In this document: piece after piece, positions 27,629-41,700 of the stretch
Numbering within the stretch: position 1 is the first letter of the stretch
Layout of the letters: every line of letters begins with the position of its first letter
NCBI GenBank assembly: GCA_043228905.1
Contig: JBHGNT010000012.1
Location: forward strand, 10,540,001-10,604,000
Length of the DNA stretch: 64,000 nt
Source: Azolla caroliniana
Lineage: Eukaryota; Plantae; Polypodiophyta
Direction of reading: 5' to 3'
Made by a program: the position numbers and the translations under genes
The notes under the pieces: generated by a model
Database searches by the model: none
Told to the model about the DNA's origin: nothing
Seen by the model: the letters and a program-made list of their open reading frames with translations, nothing else

Positions 27629-30600
27629 CTAGTGCCGCTTTTTGAATGCTTTAATCCTTTTCCCCGCCACCGGTACCGCCATCCTTGTCTTGTCAAGCTC
27701 CGCGAGATGGTAGGTGCCATTGTCGTTGGCGCTTGTCACCACATAAGGCCCGAACCACCTTCTTGCAAACTTACGCACCGCCTTGTGCTGATTGTCGAGG
27801 CTGTTGTCGTACACCAACACCTAGTCACCTTCCTCGATCTTCCTCGGCCTCAGTCAGTGAGTAAGGTCGAACTGACCTTTGTTCTTTTCTCGTGTTGTAC
27901 ACAGCCTTTCCTTCACCCGCTCCACGTCTTCCGGTCTTCGCTCGAGTTGCCGGATCCTTGCTGCCAGCAACTCTTCCCAGCTCATCTCGTCCTTCTAGTC
28001 CATCGCGGCCCACGAAGTGATCGTTTTCTTTGCCGGCATGATCGGCTTCTTCCCGTACATCAGCTCCACTGGCATGAACCCCGTCCTTCGCATGCACGTA
28101 CTAATGCCTTCACAATGGGCCCGTGACCACACTCTATCTTCCCGTTGGCCTCCGGATTGTACGCCGTAGTGAGGGAGAGTTTGACCCCCAGTCAGTCAAA
28201 CAACTCTTTAGCCTCTTGCGTGTTTAGTTCTTCGCGGTCGGCCACGATCTTTCCCACGCACCCGTACTGGCACACCACTTCTTCGATCAAAAATCAGCAC
28301 ACGGTCATGGTCGTTTTGTTCTGCAACACTCGGTCTTCCACCTGGTTCGTCAGGTCCTCCCAAGCCAGGACCAGATATCGCATCTGTCCTACCCCCATCG
28401 GCATAGTCACCAGATCCACCATCCACCTGAAGTGGACGGTCGAAGGGTAGGTCGGGTGAAGTTCGTCCCGATGTCGGACTATGGAGTGCACCTGACAGCT
28501 TTCGCAAGTCATTACGAACCGATGCACGTCCCGGTATAGTCCTGGCCACCAGTACTTCCCCTTTAGCTTCTCGAATGTGGCCCATGCCCTCCGATGTCCG
28601 GCCCAGGGACTCTCGTGGTATGCCTTCAGCAATTCTTCCTGTTCCTCTTTCCTCGCCACCACTCGGAGTGGGATGCCGTTTCTCTTCTTCGGGTGCTTCC
28701 ATATGTTGACCGTCCCGTAAACCGCTTTCCGGAGAGCCGGTGCCGCGACGAGCGCCTCTTTCAGTCTCCAGACCGACTCTGTGTGCTCCGTCCTCCATTC
28801 GAACTGGCGCCCTTTCTTTAATAACCCGTAAAGCGGCTCCGCGACATGCGTGTAGTGCAGAATCTAGATGTGATAGAACGCACATGCCCCCAGGATCCTT
28901 CAGACCTCTGTGACCGACCTGCAATCATCCTTCATCGCGGAGATGGTTTCTACCTTTGCCAAGGACGGCTTCCGGCTGTAAGGCCCACACAGGTGTCCGA
29001 CTACCAAGATCTCCGGCTATCCGAAGGCTGATTTTTCTCCAGAGAAGGTGAGCGCGCTCTCTCGAGTCTTTGTAGCACTTTCTCGCAGTCGCGGATGTGA
29101 TCCGTCACGAACTTTCGGCAACCGTCGGGCCCAACCGACTCGTCCTTGTCCTCCACCGGACATCATTTGATCGGGATGTCGTCCAGAAACGGCATGGTGA
29201 TGTCCGGGATGCAGTCCCTCAACACCTTGTTCATCGCATTCACCATGTGCGCCACCGAGTTCGTTCCCCCTTGCGGTAGAGTACACATCGGAACTAGGCC
29301 GAGAGGAGTTCGCATCTTCGTGACATCCTTGCTCTCTACGGTTAGTTGGAACTGGTCGTACCCTGAGTACAAATCCCCGACCGAGTAGATCGACCTCTCT
29401 ACGAAGGCCTCCGCAAACTCATCAATGGTCGGTCTGATACCGGCGTTTCGAATAGTCACCTTGTTGACCGGTTGCAGGTCCTATATGAAGCGCAGTATGT
29501 CGTTCTTCTTCGGCATGGTAAACCACCGATTCGAATATGGGGCACTCGACGGTTCGAGGATGCCCATCTCCACCTTTTGTTTCAGCAGCTCCATCAGGTT
29601 CGGGATGTGACCTCTGGGTACCGGAATCGGTTTGAGATTCCACGGCACATGCGGTACCGTGAAGATCACCATCGGGTCTACGCACCCGATCTCGTCCGGT
29701 GAGAATGCAAAAGCCTTCCCGTGCCTCCCGAGCATTCTCCGAAACTGGTCCTCTTTCGCGGCAGTAGAAAGCCACCCCCACCGATCTTGAGCTCCCGTAG
29801 TGTTATGTCGGTGAACGTGTGTTGGTAAACTTGGGTCCGATGCGACCCCCTTTACCCGTAACTCGTTGCCCTCTAGCAAGGGTGCCGTGACTGGCCTCAC
29901 CTTCCGGTCCACAGTCTTGTACTTCGTATCCACTCGGGTCGTCCGATCCGACTTGAGTCCATTACCGAAGTCGGCAATGACTTCGTACATTCTTTCCGAA
30001 CATACCGGAATCGGCCAGTCCTCATGAAGGACTTCTCCGAACACCTCCCGAAACTTCCCCAAGGTGTCGTCGAAAGAGACCGCCTCCATGGCTCCATTGA
30101 TTTCCTCTTCAGGGCCGAGGACTCCGCTTGCCCGAAGTCGCTCGTCCGCCCGCTTCTTTTCCCGGCCAACTACGCCGGCTATCATACAACCTCCACTATT
30201 GGAGAACCAAAATTTCCTACCTATGGTGCAGGTCTTTTTGCCTATAGTACATCTGTGGAGTTTTTCCAGGGTGTCCTGACTATCGTGGCCCCATGCCTTG
30301 ATAGCCCTCTCTAAAAATCCCCTCGGTTTTCGCCACCGAGGGTCTCGCGGTTACGCTCATGGTTCGGTCGCACCGTCAAGAACTGGACCGAGTGACGCCC
30401 ATCCTAGGTCTTGACTCGTGCATATGCCGAACCGTTGTCCAGCACCTTTGTCTCCATCCGTGCCGCCGTGATGTACGGTTCCCCGAGTATAACCGGATGC
30501 AAGGACCTCTCTTGCACGAAGAAGTGTTGATCGATCTCGACATCGCCGATTTTCACTCGTACATTCGGGCAGGCTCCATGCAGCTCTTCCGTGGCGCGCA

Positions 30601-32435
30601 TTGTTGCCCGTATTTTCCACCCGTGCTTGGTGTTGATCGGCCACTTCCCCTTCTTATAGAAGTCCATGGACATCAAGTTGATTTCTGAACCGTGGTCCAC
30701 CAACACCACCACCGGCTCCTGAACATCTCCGATCTTAACGGGGTCTCTGTGGTTGCTCTGGCCCAATGTGGCCTTGAATAGTGGCTCTCCGCCAACTCGT
30801 CTTCTACAACCATGTCTTCTAGGTGCGTCATTTGCACCTCCACCGGCTTCTCCGGCTCCGGCTCTGTCGAAAGCCTTTTTTGCTTCACCAAGTCCACGAT
30901 GGAGTCGTGGAACTCCTTCTTGGCGATTCCGAGCACTTCCCTCAGTGACAGCTCCACTTTGCTGTCGAGGATACGTTCCTCGAGGACCTTTCGCAGGTTC
31001 GTGGTCCTCTCGATCTCCGTGCTTAATCGATACCCGACCCTCTTGGATTTATCCGGAGTGCCGATTGCACCGACATCATTCTGCTTTTGCCTGAACCGGG
31101 TCTCATACTACTATGAGGGTCCGGCCCCTCCAGCCTTACCCGCACGCTTGTCCTCCACCAGAACCTCGTAGTTTTGGCAAGCGGCTTCTACGAAGCCCGT
31201 CTTCTCTTCGGCCGGGTCACTCCACCCAGTTGCCTCCCATACCCGTCTTTCCACGCGGTCTGCTTCCTCTTTCCTCAGTCGTATGCCGGCGAGGCCTTCC
31301 AGCACCAACAGCCAGAATCTGGCTTCCTTCGTGTTCTGGACTTCATCACTTCGACCCAGATTCCAGCCGACGTCAAGTAGTGGACGGTCTCCGCGTGGCG
31401 AGCCATCGCATCTTCCATCAGTCGTTTCATACCCCCTCATTCGACATTCAGATCCAGGGCCCTTCGGGTCTCACTAGTGTGCACCTGACCGTTCCATAGG
31501 TACACCAAGTGAGCTCTCATCGCTTCGGCGAAGTCCCCGCAATCCTTTCGGGTGTGGCCGATCGCAACGCACCACAAGCACCGGTTCCCAACCGGAGGCC
31601 TTCGGTCTCGGACTTGTTCATTGTTGTCCCTCCTTGCTTATGCAATCTAGAGGTCCCTCACCATCTGAGTCAGCTCCTCCAGAGCCACTCCTCTGGACGA
31701 GCCTTTGACCATGCTGGTCGAAGTCGAGCCGGTCTCGAGCCAGTCTCGGGTCTCTTCCCTTCGCGCCAGTGGGGGTACCTCGACCTTCCTTATCGCAATA
31801 GAACCCGCCCCCGTCAAGCCTTTATCGACCCACTCACACTGTTTGTCAAAATGGCTGCAGACTCTCTTTACCAAGGCCCAGTCGGTTGTTAGGCCGTCAT
31901 CGGTCTCTAGCAGGAAGCCCACTTGCTCCCGGTCCCTTACGTTCACCGATTCAATGAACAATAGGACACGACTTGTGTCTAGTACGGTCCGGTCCAGCGC
32001 CGAAAGACGTGCGAAGCGTTCTTCAAACTCCCGAAGGAGCACCGACGCATTTCTCCCCTTTTCGGGGGTCTCCACCCATTCCATGAAGTCCCGCTTCGAT
32101 AGCCGAAGCGCGTCATCAAGCCTGTATTTTTCAAGGAGCCGACCTTCAAACTCTTCCCAGGTCCGACTCTCAGTCCGTACCTCAAGCACCTCCGCGTGGA
32201 TGCCCGGCATCGCCACCCGAGGGAATCCGGCCAGTCGCCTATCCTCCGGGATGTCCCTCATCACCATTTCAGCTCGATAAGCCTCCAAATAGCTCGTGGC
32301 GTCCTTCCCACCGAACCGGCCTATCGTGCCGATGACTGCTTCAATAGCCCTATCGAGGGCGCCTGTGCCTTCGCGCGCACTCACTATCCAATCCACAGCC
32401 GAAGCCATGGCTTCTGCAAGATCCGACCCTCTCAT
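27629..32435 (-). pseudogene. Disrupted gypsy gag-pol
   Basis: Gag 31647-32435; PR VLVDHGSEINLM; RT DLYSGYDQF, LPQG, FLDD; INT zinc finger (H...H...C..C) and RWFGPY. Confidence 0.88.
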
Positions 32436-33764
32436 CTTTCTATTCCTCTACCGCCTGTTCACGTCAGGTTCACCAAATATGTCGCATTGTTACGCGTGTG
32501 CGTGGGGAACAAGGCGGGACCACGGGGGCCTTGGACCGAGAAATAATCGAATGAGAAGAGGGGAAGGAAACTACCGATGTAATTCACACGCACACAGGCA
32601 CACAAATTCACAGGAGTTGCAACTAACTCTGAACAATGGAGACAGAACAAATGTATATGTATATATAAATCAAGGGATTACAACCGGCAAGCTGGCAAGT
32701 GATAGGCTCCAACGCCTGCACACACACACACACACACACAGAACGCGAGATGGAGACTCTGTCGGAACCACTCGGGCGTTCCGCGGAGTAGAGTCAGCCT
32801 CCCAAAAACCTGCACAAAACGACTATGGAGACGACAGAGGAGAAGAGCTCTGTTTCAGTCCGGCAACACTTCGTCCTCCACAAAACACGATCCCGTTTAC
32901 AATACCTCTCCCTCTCTTTTATAGCCCAAGGAGGGAGGCCATTACCACCCGATACATCATGTTTATTCCCTGTCTTTTTGGACAGGGATACGCCTCGATT
33001 TTCTCCCTAATGAATGTGTGCTACCTAGGATTTCACCTCAACCGACTTGTACCTATCTACGTACTATACAACAAAACTTGTGCCCACGTGTAAGGGCCAG
33101 TTTACGCACATTATACCCGGTTTCCACTAAGGGACGGTTTTCTCCACGACAACGTGACTCATGATGGATGAAAGCAATCGACCTAAGCCTTCGTCACATG
33201 CTTGAGGGGGAGGAACCGAAACTGCCACGAAAATACCGACGCTGAAAACCGCACAGAAGCCAACATCGAAAGCCATACAACGCTGAAAGCCGAAATGGAT
33301 GTTTGACACCTTACACTTGAGCTTCAAGGAGCGTATTGAGAGATCAAGCCCAACTTAGTTTAGTTAGTTAGTCAACCATGTAACTTCGTAGTTACCTAGA
33401 TAGAATCTAGTTAGAAGTGTTGACTATAACGCTTTAAATAAGACCTTGTATTTAAGTGGGATATTCTAGATCCTCCACTCCCAAGCACATTTAATATAGG
33501 ACTTACACCCTTGTACCTATATTCTCCTCACACATGTGCATCCTTGCAAATGAGATCTATATATACCTCATTGTGGGTATTTTTATATTGGATGATGCTT
33601 TTTAATATAGTTAATCATCCCCCATCTTGTCTCATTGTTCATAGTGCTAACTTCCTCTCTCTCTTCCTCCCGCACAGATACACACACATATCACTTAATC
33701 TTCCGCTTAGCTTAATCACATAGTTAGGTACTAATTGACCCGTAGTTAATTATCTAATTCTTAA

Positions 33765-34150
33765 CAAGAAGCAACATTGACTTTCATTCCCCAACAAGTG
33801 AAACTGGAGCCGAAACAAGCTTGACTTGATACATTTGGATGTATGGGGACCAACATAGAATGTTAGTCTTGGCGGTAGTCGCTATTTCGTCTCCTTCATC
33901 GACGACTATTGCCGACACACGTGGATCTATCTCATTGAGAAGAAGAGTGAAGTCTTCAACTATTTCCGGAACCTACAAATTCTTGTCAAACGAGAAACAG
34001 AGAGGAATATTAAGTGTCTGTAGTCGGATGGTGGAAAAGAGTACTTTTCCAGCCAATTCAATAGTTATCTGCAACAGAAGGGATTTCGGAGAGAATTCAG
34101 TTGCAAGTATACACCATCACAAAATGAAGTAGCCGGGAGGAAGAACCAAA
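33765..34150 (+). mobile_element. Family-A copia integrase fragment
   Basis: Colinear with 722-1100 (DVWGP, RYFVSFIDD, TWIYLIEKKSEVF). Confidence 0.85.
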
Positions 34151-36068
34151 CTGATATCCATCCAAACTCTTTTGAGCATAGCAGCCAATATGGATTTGGA
34201 GATCACACTATTGGATGTCAAGAAAACATTCTAGCATGGGGAGTTAGATTAAGAGATCCATATGCAGCAGCCCGAAACCTTTGTAGAGAAAGGTAAAGAG
34301 AACTTGGTGTGTCGACTGAGAAAAATCTTGTATGGCTTGAAACAAGCTCCATGCCAATGGTACAAGAAGTTTGAGTCCTTCATGTTGGAACATGGGTTCT
34401 GCAAAACCCAAGCAGATTATTGTGTGTTCGTCAAAAGGTACAATGAAGGTTACTTCTTGATTCTCTTATTATATGCAGATGACATGTTGATAGTCGGACA
34501 TGACACGAAGAGGATCGAGAGCTTGAAGAAAGCATTAGGCTTTTCGTGCAAGATCTTGAACCGACCAAAAAACTTTTGGGGATGCACATAGTTCGGGAGA
34601 GAACTAAGAAAGAGTTATGGTTGTCACAAGAGAAGTATGTGACAAAGGTCCCCGAAAGATTCAACATGTCAGAAGCAAAGTTGGTCGATTCTGCATTGTT
34701 GACAAACTACAAGATGAATGCTAAGCAATGCCTGAGGAGCGAGAAGGAAAAGTACTATATTCCTCGGTTGTCGGCAGTTTGATGTACGCTATGGTTTGCA
34801 TGAGACTAGACATAACATTTGTTGTGGGTGCAGTAAGCTAATACATGAGTAATCCAAGTAGAGAACACTGGGCAGCCATGAAGTGGATACTCAGGTACTT
34901 GAAAGGAACCTTGGGGTTATGCCTTAGGTATCGTGTCGAAAAACCTATTGATTCTGACTATCGGGTGATGTAGACTCCAGTCGATCCACCTCTAGGTACA
35001 TGATGACCTATGCAGGGGGAGCAGTGTCGTGGCAGTCAAGACTGCATAAGTCTGTGGCTTTGTCGACCACAGACACAGAGTATATGGCAGTGGTAGAGGC
35101 CGACAAGGAGCTGATATGGATGAGAAATTTTCTTAGTGAGCTGGGAATGAAGCAAAGGGAGTTCTTGCTTCATTGTGACAGAGTGCCATAAACCTAGCCA
35201 AGAATGTTGCTTATGACTCCTAGACAAAGCATGTCATATAGATGAGATATCACTGGTTGCGGGAAAAAGGGGATGATAGGGAGTTTACCCTTGTGACGAT
35301 CCATACCGACAACAATGGATCTGACATGCTCACGAAGAACCTATTGATGGATAGACTCAAAGTCTGTTGACAAAAGATAGGACTAGCTGACTTCCTCCCA
35401 CATAAGTGAAGGGGGATTTTGTTAGGTATATGTCCCTCTTGTGGGAGGAGCTGACTGTTCAAGCCAATAGTCAAAGTCTTGGAGTTGTTGATTGGTGGGG
35501 CTGAGAGCCAACAGTCGATAACATAGAGATTCTACTAAGAGAGAGTCGATATTAGATTATCCAAGTCAAGGATAAGACCGACTAGTTGGGCTAACTGGAC
35601 AGTCGACACAGGAGTCGACTAGTCGACCAATCAGCTGATTAAAGGATACAATTATAACTATAATAATAATAGTAATAGTAGTAGTAGGGACTACATTTAT
35701 AAATAGCCCATACAGTGTATAAGTATAGATACACCTAGGGCAAACATTATGATTAGTGTGTAGAATAGAAAGAGCAAAACATAGCGAAGTGCTGTGTAGA
35801 TCGAGAGTGTGTGTGTTCATGATAGTGAGAGAGAGACTAGCGGTTGAGATCGGCGAACTTGCTAAGAACCCTAAATGGTTATCCTCTGAGTTTCAGAGAG
35901 TGTTCTAGCCATTTTCTATACTCTCCGTTGTATAGTGGATGTTTGTTACCATAGTTTTCCCCGTTTAGGGTTTCCGCGTAAAACCTGTGTATTTTGTGTA
36001 CTCTGCAAACTCTGTCTATTTTGTCCTCTATTTCCGCGCGTTGTGTATTTCTGCATATCTTTTCAACA
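34150..36068 (+). mobile_element. Tork-like copia 3' half (element E): RT-RNaseH, PPT and 3' LTR 35420-36068
   Basis: LYGLKQAP, LLLYADD and GGAVSWQSRL motifs; PPT GTGAAGGGGGA; LTR TGTTAGG...TTCAACA with the GGGTTTCCGCGTAAAA U5 motif. Confidence 0.85.
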
Positions 36069-36074
36069 GATTTA

Positions 36075-36990
36075 CAATCCTTTGACCAACAAATTTTGGT
36101 CAGATCGGCTCCAATGATGACCAAGTCATCCACATATAGCAAAATACATATTAAACTTGGATGACCTTTTCATATAAATAAGTTGTCGGACTATGAGGTC
36201 TCAAAACCTGTCTTCTGCAGATATTGAGTGAATTTGAAGTTCCATGCTCGTGGAGCTTGCTTGAGTCTGTATAGAAACAGCTTTAGCCGACACATGTCGA
36301 TTTGTGCGTGTTCGACCAAAAACCAGGAGGTTGTGCCATGTACACTTCTTCTTCAAGATCGGCTTGAAGAAATGCATTCTTCATGCCACCTGGTGAAGAT
36401 GACACCCCTTTTCCACCGCCACTACAAGAACAACACGTATTGTCGTCCTCTTTACGACAAGCGCAAAGGTCTCTTCATAGTCGATTCCATGGGTCCGTGC
36501 ATATCCTTTTGGTACAAGCCTGGCTTTGTACATGTTGACCGGACCTTCGGTATTATATTTAACCTTGTAGATCCACTTACAACCAATTGGTTCACATTGT
36601 TTTGTGGGATCGATTAGGTCCCACGTGTCATTGGCAATCAACACTTGCATTTCTTCCTTCATAGCCTCCTGCCACCTTGCATCCTTGGATGCGTCCGCGA
36701 AGCTCTCTAGTTTGCGTACTGAAGCCATTGTCATCATGTATGCATGATGATGCACCATGTACACGTTATACCCATATCACACAACAAGGTCGTGTCGACT
36801 GGTGAAGCTTTTCATTTACCGAATTCATGGCCCTCTTGGCTGAATTGGACCTTAGTTCGGTAGGTCCATAGTCACTATTGATGAAGCCATTAGATTCGCT
36901 TCGCTTAGATGCACTCGCATCATCCAACACTCCAATAACTTCTTCTTCCCTTTGTTGTGGCACACAATCGTCGTTGGTGACATCATGCTA
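36075..36990 (-). mobile_element. Family-A copia RT fragment
   Basis: MVHHHAYM...WQEAMKEEM...CKWIYKVKY and LYVDD on the minus strand. Confidence 0.85.
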
Positions 36991-37575
36991 TTATCCTTAG
37001 GAAGTTGCCTAGTGGACGGGTCAGAGGAATGAAGTGTGAAAGATCCGACGCCGAAGCGAATAAATATATATAAAACTAAGTGAACTTAGGAGTAATCATG
37101 GCGGCTCCCCGAGGCTCAACCATGGTTCTAACATCAATGTAATTTCAAGAAATGGTTTGTTTTAATTAAACTATTAATAGACCCACTCAAGTGTGAAAGG
37201 GTTCAACAACAAAATAGTTTCCTAACATAACGTAAGTGTAAATGACATTTCTTGAGTGTTCCCAAAGTTTTTCTTTACTTTCGATATTTTAAGGTCTTTG
37301 TAGCCCTTAACCTAATCTTGATCTCACTATTAAAAAATCAATAAGTAGACCTCTTATTCCCACATGAGAATTTTGTTAATCTTTAAGCAATTTAGGGATT
37401 AGTAGACAATTTTGTCGAAGAGATTCACTTTCCTAATTCTCAAATCATTAGTTTAATTTCACTAAGAATTTGCCTACTACTACTTCATTCACCCCAAGCT
37501 CAAAAGAGCCTACCAAACTCTTTGACTATCTCATATACAAGAAATATGCTACATTTACAGATGTTATATTATATC

Positions 37576-38225
37576 CATAGATTGACCCATCCATGATATT
37601 CGTGAAATTCGGTATTCGTAATATTTAAGAATGAAAATAAATGGGCCAAGAATATTTTATAACCATTTGTTTTAAATTTATATAATCAAAATTATTTAAT
37701 TCACTCAAACATTAATTAAATCACTAAACAATAATTAGTTTACTGATATATTATTAATTAATTAATTAGTTCACTAATATAATTATTAATCTACTAATAC
37801 ATTAATCATTTACTAATAATTAATTAACTCAATTAAACATTAATTAACTCACTAATATATCAACTAATTTACTAATACATTACTTAATTCATTAAAACAT
37901 TAATTAATTCCTTGAAAAATACATTAATAATTAATTAAATTAGGGAGTTTGCAGCCAAGAACAGGATTCTAACTGAAATTAGGGTTTCAGAGTAACCCCT
38001 AATTTTCTGGCCGAGAACAAGATGCAGAGGGAGGCGAGGGTGTAACCATGCACAGGGAATAGGGTGAGGCTCCTCACTTGCTGCTCACTGTTCACTTGCT
38101 CGCACAATTTTTTTTCCAAAGAAAACAATTTTTGTTTCAAAAAAATAAGAGAACCAATACATTTAAATGTATTCATATTCGCATTCGTGGGGCAGACCCT
38201 ACGAATGCGAATATGTCGATCTATG
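37576..38225. mobile_element. hAT-type MITE
   Basis: TIRs CATAGATTGAC and GTCGATCTATG; perfect 8-bp TSD ATTATATC (37568-37575, 38226-38233); subterminal TATTCG repeats; AT-rich interior. Confidence 0.85.
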
Positions 38226-38742
38226 ATTATATCAATCTGCCTATTAATAGTGGCAAAGCTCGTAAACAAATAAAAACCAACCATAGTAACAATTGAATGT
38301 AAAGGCTTGTAACAAGGCCAAGAAATTGAATTGAATGCATAGATTTAGCATTTATTTCATGAAGGGTCAACTGTCACTATCACAAAGGAACAACTTTACT
38401 CAATCCTGAAATATTGCAAATTACTCATAGTTACTCAACTTCATGCCAAATCAAACGTATCATAGATGTGGCAACTACTAAAGAAAGCATTTCGACCTTT
38501 CTCCAATGAAAATTAGAAAATCTCAGAACCACATTACATTCTCAATTGTATATCAAAACAATAAAAATGCATAGAGAATCCAATGAATTTGATTATATAC
38601 ATTTTGTTAAATTCATTCCTCATTTCTGAATAACTTTTCTATTATGCTAATGTCTTATCAATCAATAAACATTGCCATTTCTGAAGTCATTCGCCCATAT
38701 CTTCAATACTATATAAGGCCAAAAAAACACCAAAAACACATA

Positions 38743-41700
38743 CTACATTTGCTTCTTCGTGGTGCCAAATCCTCCGAAACCCATTAATGCTGCCATTTCT
38801 GAATCCTCTGGTACATCTTCTACAGCTTTCTCTTTCTATGTTTTCCACATTTAGATCAAAATCACCATGTCGCCACAAGAAAAATGTTTAAGTCTGCGTT
38901 TTAGAATACTTTGAAGACTATGATTGTAAGATATTTTATTTTAATGTTTTCATATAAAGAGCCTGACCTTTTTTTCTTTTTTCCGTTCTTTCCGTTGCCT
39001 TTTCTTCTCCTCTTCCTCTTCTTGTAGCTTCAAGATACGATTGTCGTAATCTGTAGTATCAGGATTTACACAAAAAATACATTAAATGTAAGAAGATATG
39101 AGAAATAGGTGGCATATTACTAATTGAAACTGCTTTATCCATTCTCAAGAGTTACTTTTACACAGCCCAGCACATAAAAAACACAACATTCTCGAACAAT
39201 GTGAGCTACCATGCAAATAACCTGGCACGTATCTTTTCCAGGCAAAGCATGTTATCTTGTAGGTAACATGTAGATAACCAGGCACATAAAAACTCCAAAA
39301 CATGACATGAAGGAAAGAAATTGAGCCTGGAACCCATGTTTAGAAAGATCACAGTGTTACTAGTAGGTCAGACATTCAATCAGGAATACTTTATTCACTT
39401 ACAAAAAAACAGTACTGCTATGCAATTTCCAAATCTATGTTTCAGGGTGTCTAACTGGGAGAATCCTTTTTGAAGATTTGAATGAACCTTCAATATCCTT
39501 TTGTACAAAGAAAATGGGAGACAGTATTGTACCTCTCCTCCCCTTTTTCTTTCTTCTTTTCTTTTGCTCAACAAGGTATGTTACCAAATTCCTTACGTTA
39601 TTCAATTTAAGTCTAAAACTCAAGAAATTGCCCATGTGATGTAAACTATTAAATATGTGTAAATATCAAGATGGAATCCAAAGTTCCATATGAAACATTT
39701 ATTACCTTGAGCTTCATATTTAAGACCCAGAATTTCACCTTAATCAAAGTATTTTCTACTTTAGAAAATAACTTTGAGATGTGGAAAGCCACAAAACCAA
39801 GTTAGGGTCCCTCTCTCTTGTCATGATTTTATTATTCTTTCTCTTCTTCAATGTATCGATTTATGCCCTTTATGAAGTTATCCCTCTTTCTTTCCACTCT
39901 AATGAATTCCTCATCCCAACAACATGATATCATTAAAATTAATCCTTTATCAGCAGTAACTCTGAAAGGCAGGCTCTATGAACTCTCTTTTTTTTTTTAA
40001 ATGCATTATTATGATCATATAACAAACTAAGATTTTCTCAAGTCTCAGAACACATCTGCACCCTATGAATTCACTGCATTTCTGAATAGGGGACACATGG
40101 TTTGTTAACAGTCCAGCACTGCCAGGATATTGGGGGTTCGATTCATACATGATTTTGCTTGCTTGTCAGACCTATTATTATCTTCTGATTTAGGTTTTGC
40201 TTTCTGGCTTCCTGTATTTTTCTGTAAAGAATGCTAACATGGTGAGTCAAGCGTGTGCAGAAGCATAGAGCATGTGTGAGGAGTGTGTGAGCAAAAGAAA
40301 GAGTCAGAGAAAACAAACAGAAATGAAAAACACACAGTAGGGGGAGTGACAGCTTATGCCCTGAAGACAAAACTATATTAATCAACTAAAACTCATCAAC
40401 AGAACACAATGTGTTGAGTGGGTTTTAGACACAAGTCCTCAAGGAACTGCCACATTAAATGTGGTTGATAGAGACTAGTCATAGACTTCTGGACTCAAGT
40501 ACGATTCTGTCATAAGAATATTTAATATTCTTTGACCACATTTACACTTGACAACTAACTAGATGTCACAATCTAGTAGCCAGATAGTTCACATGGATTA
40601 CAATGAAGTGTGATCACAAACATTTTCACACATCATTTTTTTGTCCATAGGCACATGCTAATGCGAGTTGAGCTTGATCTCAACATTTTGCATTCTCAAC
40701 AACGTATAACCTTCTCAGGTGTGCCTTTTTGTCTTCTTGGGTTTAATGAGCTTCTCAGTGATCTCTTCGTGATTATGTGTGTTTGTGTATATCATGATCT
40801 TTATTTGTGCTCCAATGTTATAATACCTTTTATGATTTATACATGAATCTCACATTCAAAACTAAGCACTGTCAAGATGGCTGCAGCAGACACTCGAAAA
40901 CGTTTTGTTCTCTTTATTGCTAGTAACTTAAAGAATTACATGAACTAATCGAGCTCAATTAAGTAACACTAAGTGAAACATGAGATTCAGCATAAAAATT
41001 TCTCTTACCAATGAAAATACTGCTTTAAAATTTGCATATTCTAGTGAATTTTGTAACCCTTCATCAAAACTCTGCTAAACAATCAAGACTATGCATACAA
41101 ATAGACACATATCTCAAATATGATAATATTACCTAACCAGTTAAGCAAACCAACCTTGGTCAATAAACTCTGTTTTTCTCTTCTTGAGACTATCAAACCT
41201 CTCTTGTACCTGAAAAATATTAATATTATCTTAGCTATATCTAAGAGAGAAAAAAACATAAACTGTCTGCTTATGAGTAGCCAACATTTTTACCCCTAGG
41301 CAAAGGTCAGATCAAGCATTTACTCTTATCATACTTGTTTAAGTGTGGCTCTCTCAACTCGCATAGACATTCCAAGTGCTCGTTGATCTGCATAACAAGA
41401 TATTGATGCATATCATATACCACAATCATGGCAACCAAGGTCTCTTCATAGGAAAGAAAGGTGAATGCAACTCACGCTTTTTGCCATTCATATGATCTAG
41501 AAAATTGGCCGAGTCTTTTACAACACATTCACAAACACTGCAGTAATATCCTGCCTGCAAATTACAATACACTATTGAGAGTAAAGAAAGCTCAATCATA
41601 GAAGAAAGAAAATATGACAGCAAAAGGTAGCTGGTATATAAGAGAGAACAGGAATAACCTGTTGATTTAATGGTGCAACTTGTGTGACCACCTGTCATCA

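Larger units (their letters stand above)
21458..33151 (-). mobile_element. Ty3/gypsy non-chromovirus-like LTR retrotransposon with tRNA-Trp PBS
   Basis: 5' LTR 32480-33151; 3' LTR 21458-21799 plus 27151-27481; PBS TGGTGAACCTGACGTGAA (32458-32475); PPT 27482-27495; order gag-PR-RT-INT; 4-bp TSD GCGT / ACGT inside A2. Confidence 0.92.
9851..33720 (+). mobile_element. Internally deleted family-A copia (A2) acting as host for hAT, copia D and gypsy insertions
   Basis: 5' LTR 9851-9922 plus 14763-15043; PBS TGGTATCAGAG at 15044; gag start MASSLPTEKLDRSNY near 15156. Host sequence resumes at 21301-21457 (HHYAF motif) and 33152-33330, then a degenerate PPT and LTR-like tract about 33334-33720 whose pairing with the 5' LTR is uncertain. 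Confidence 0.7.
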
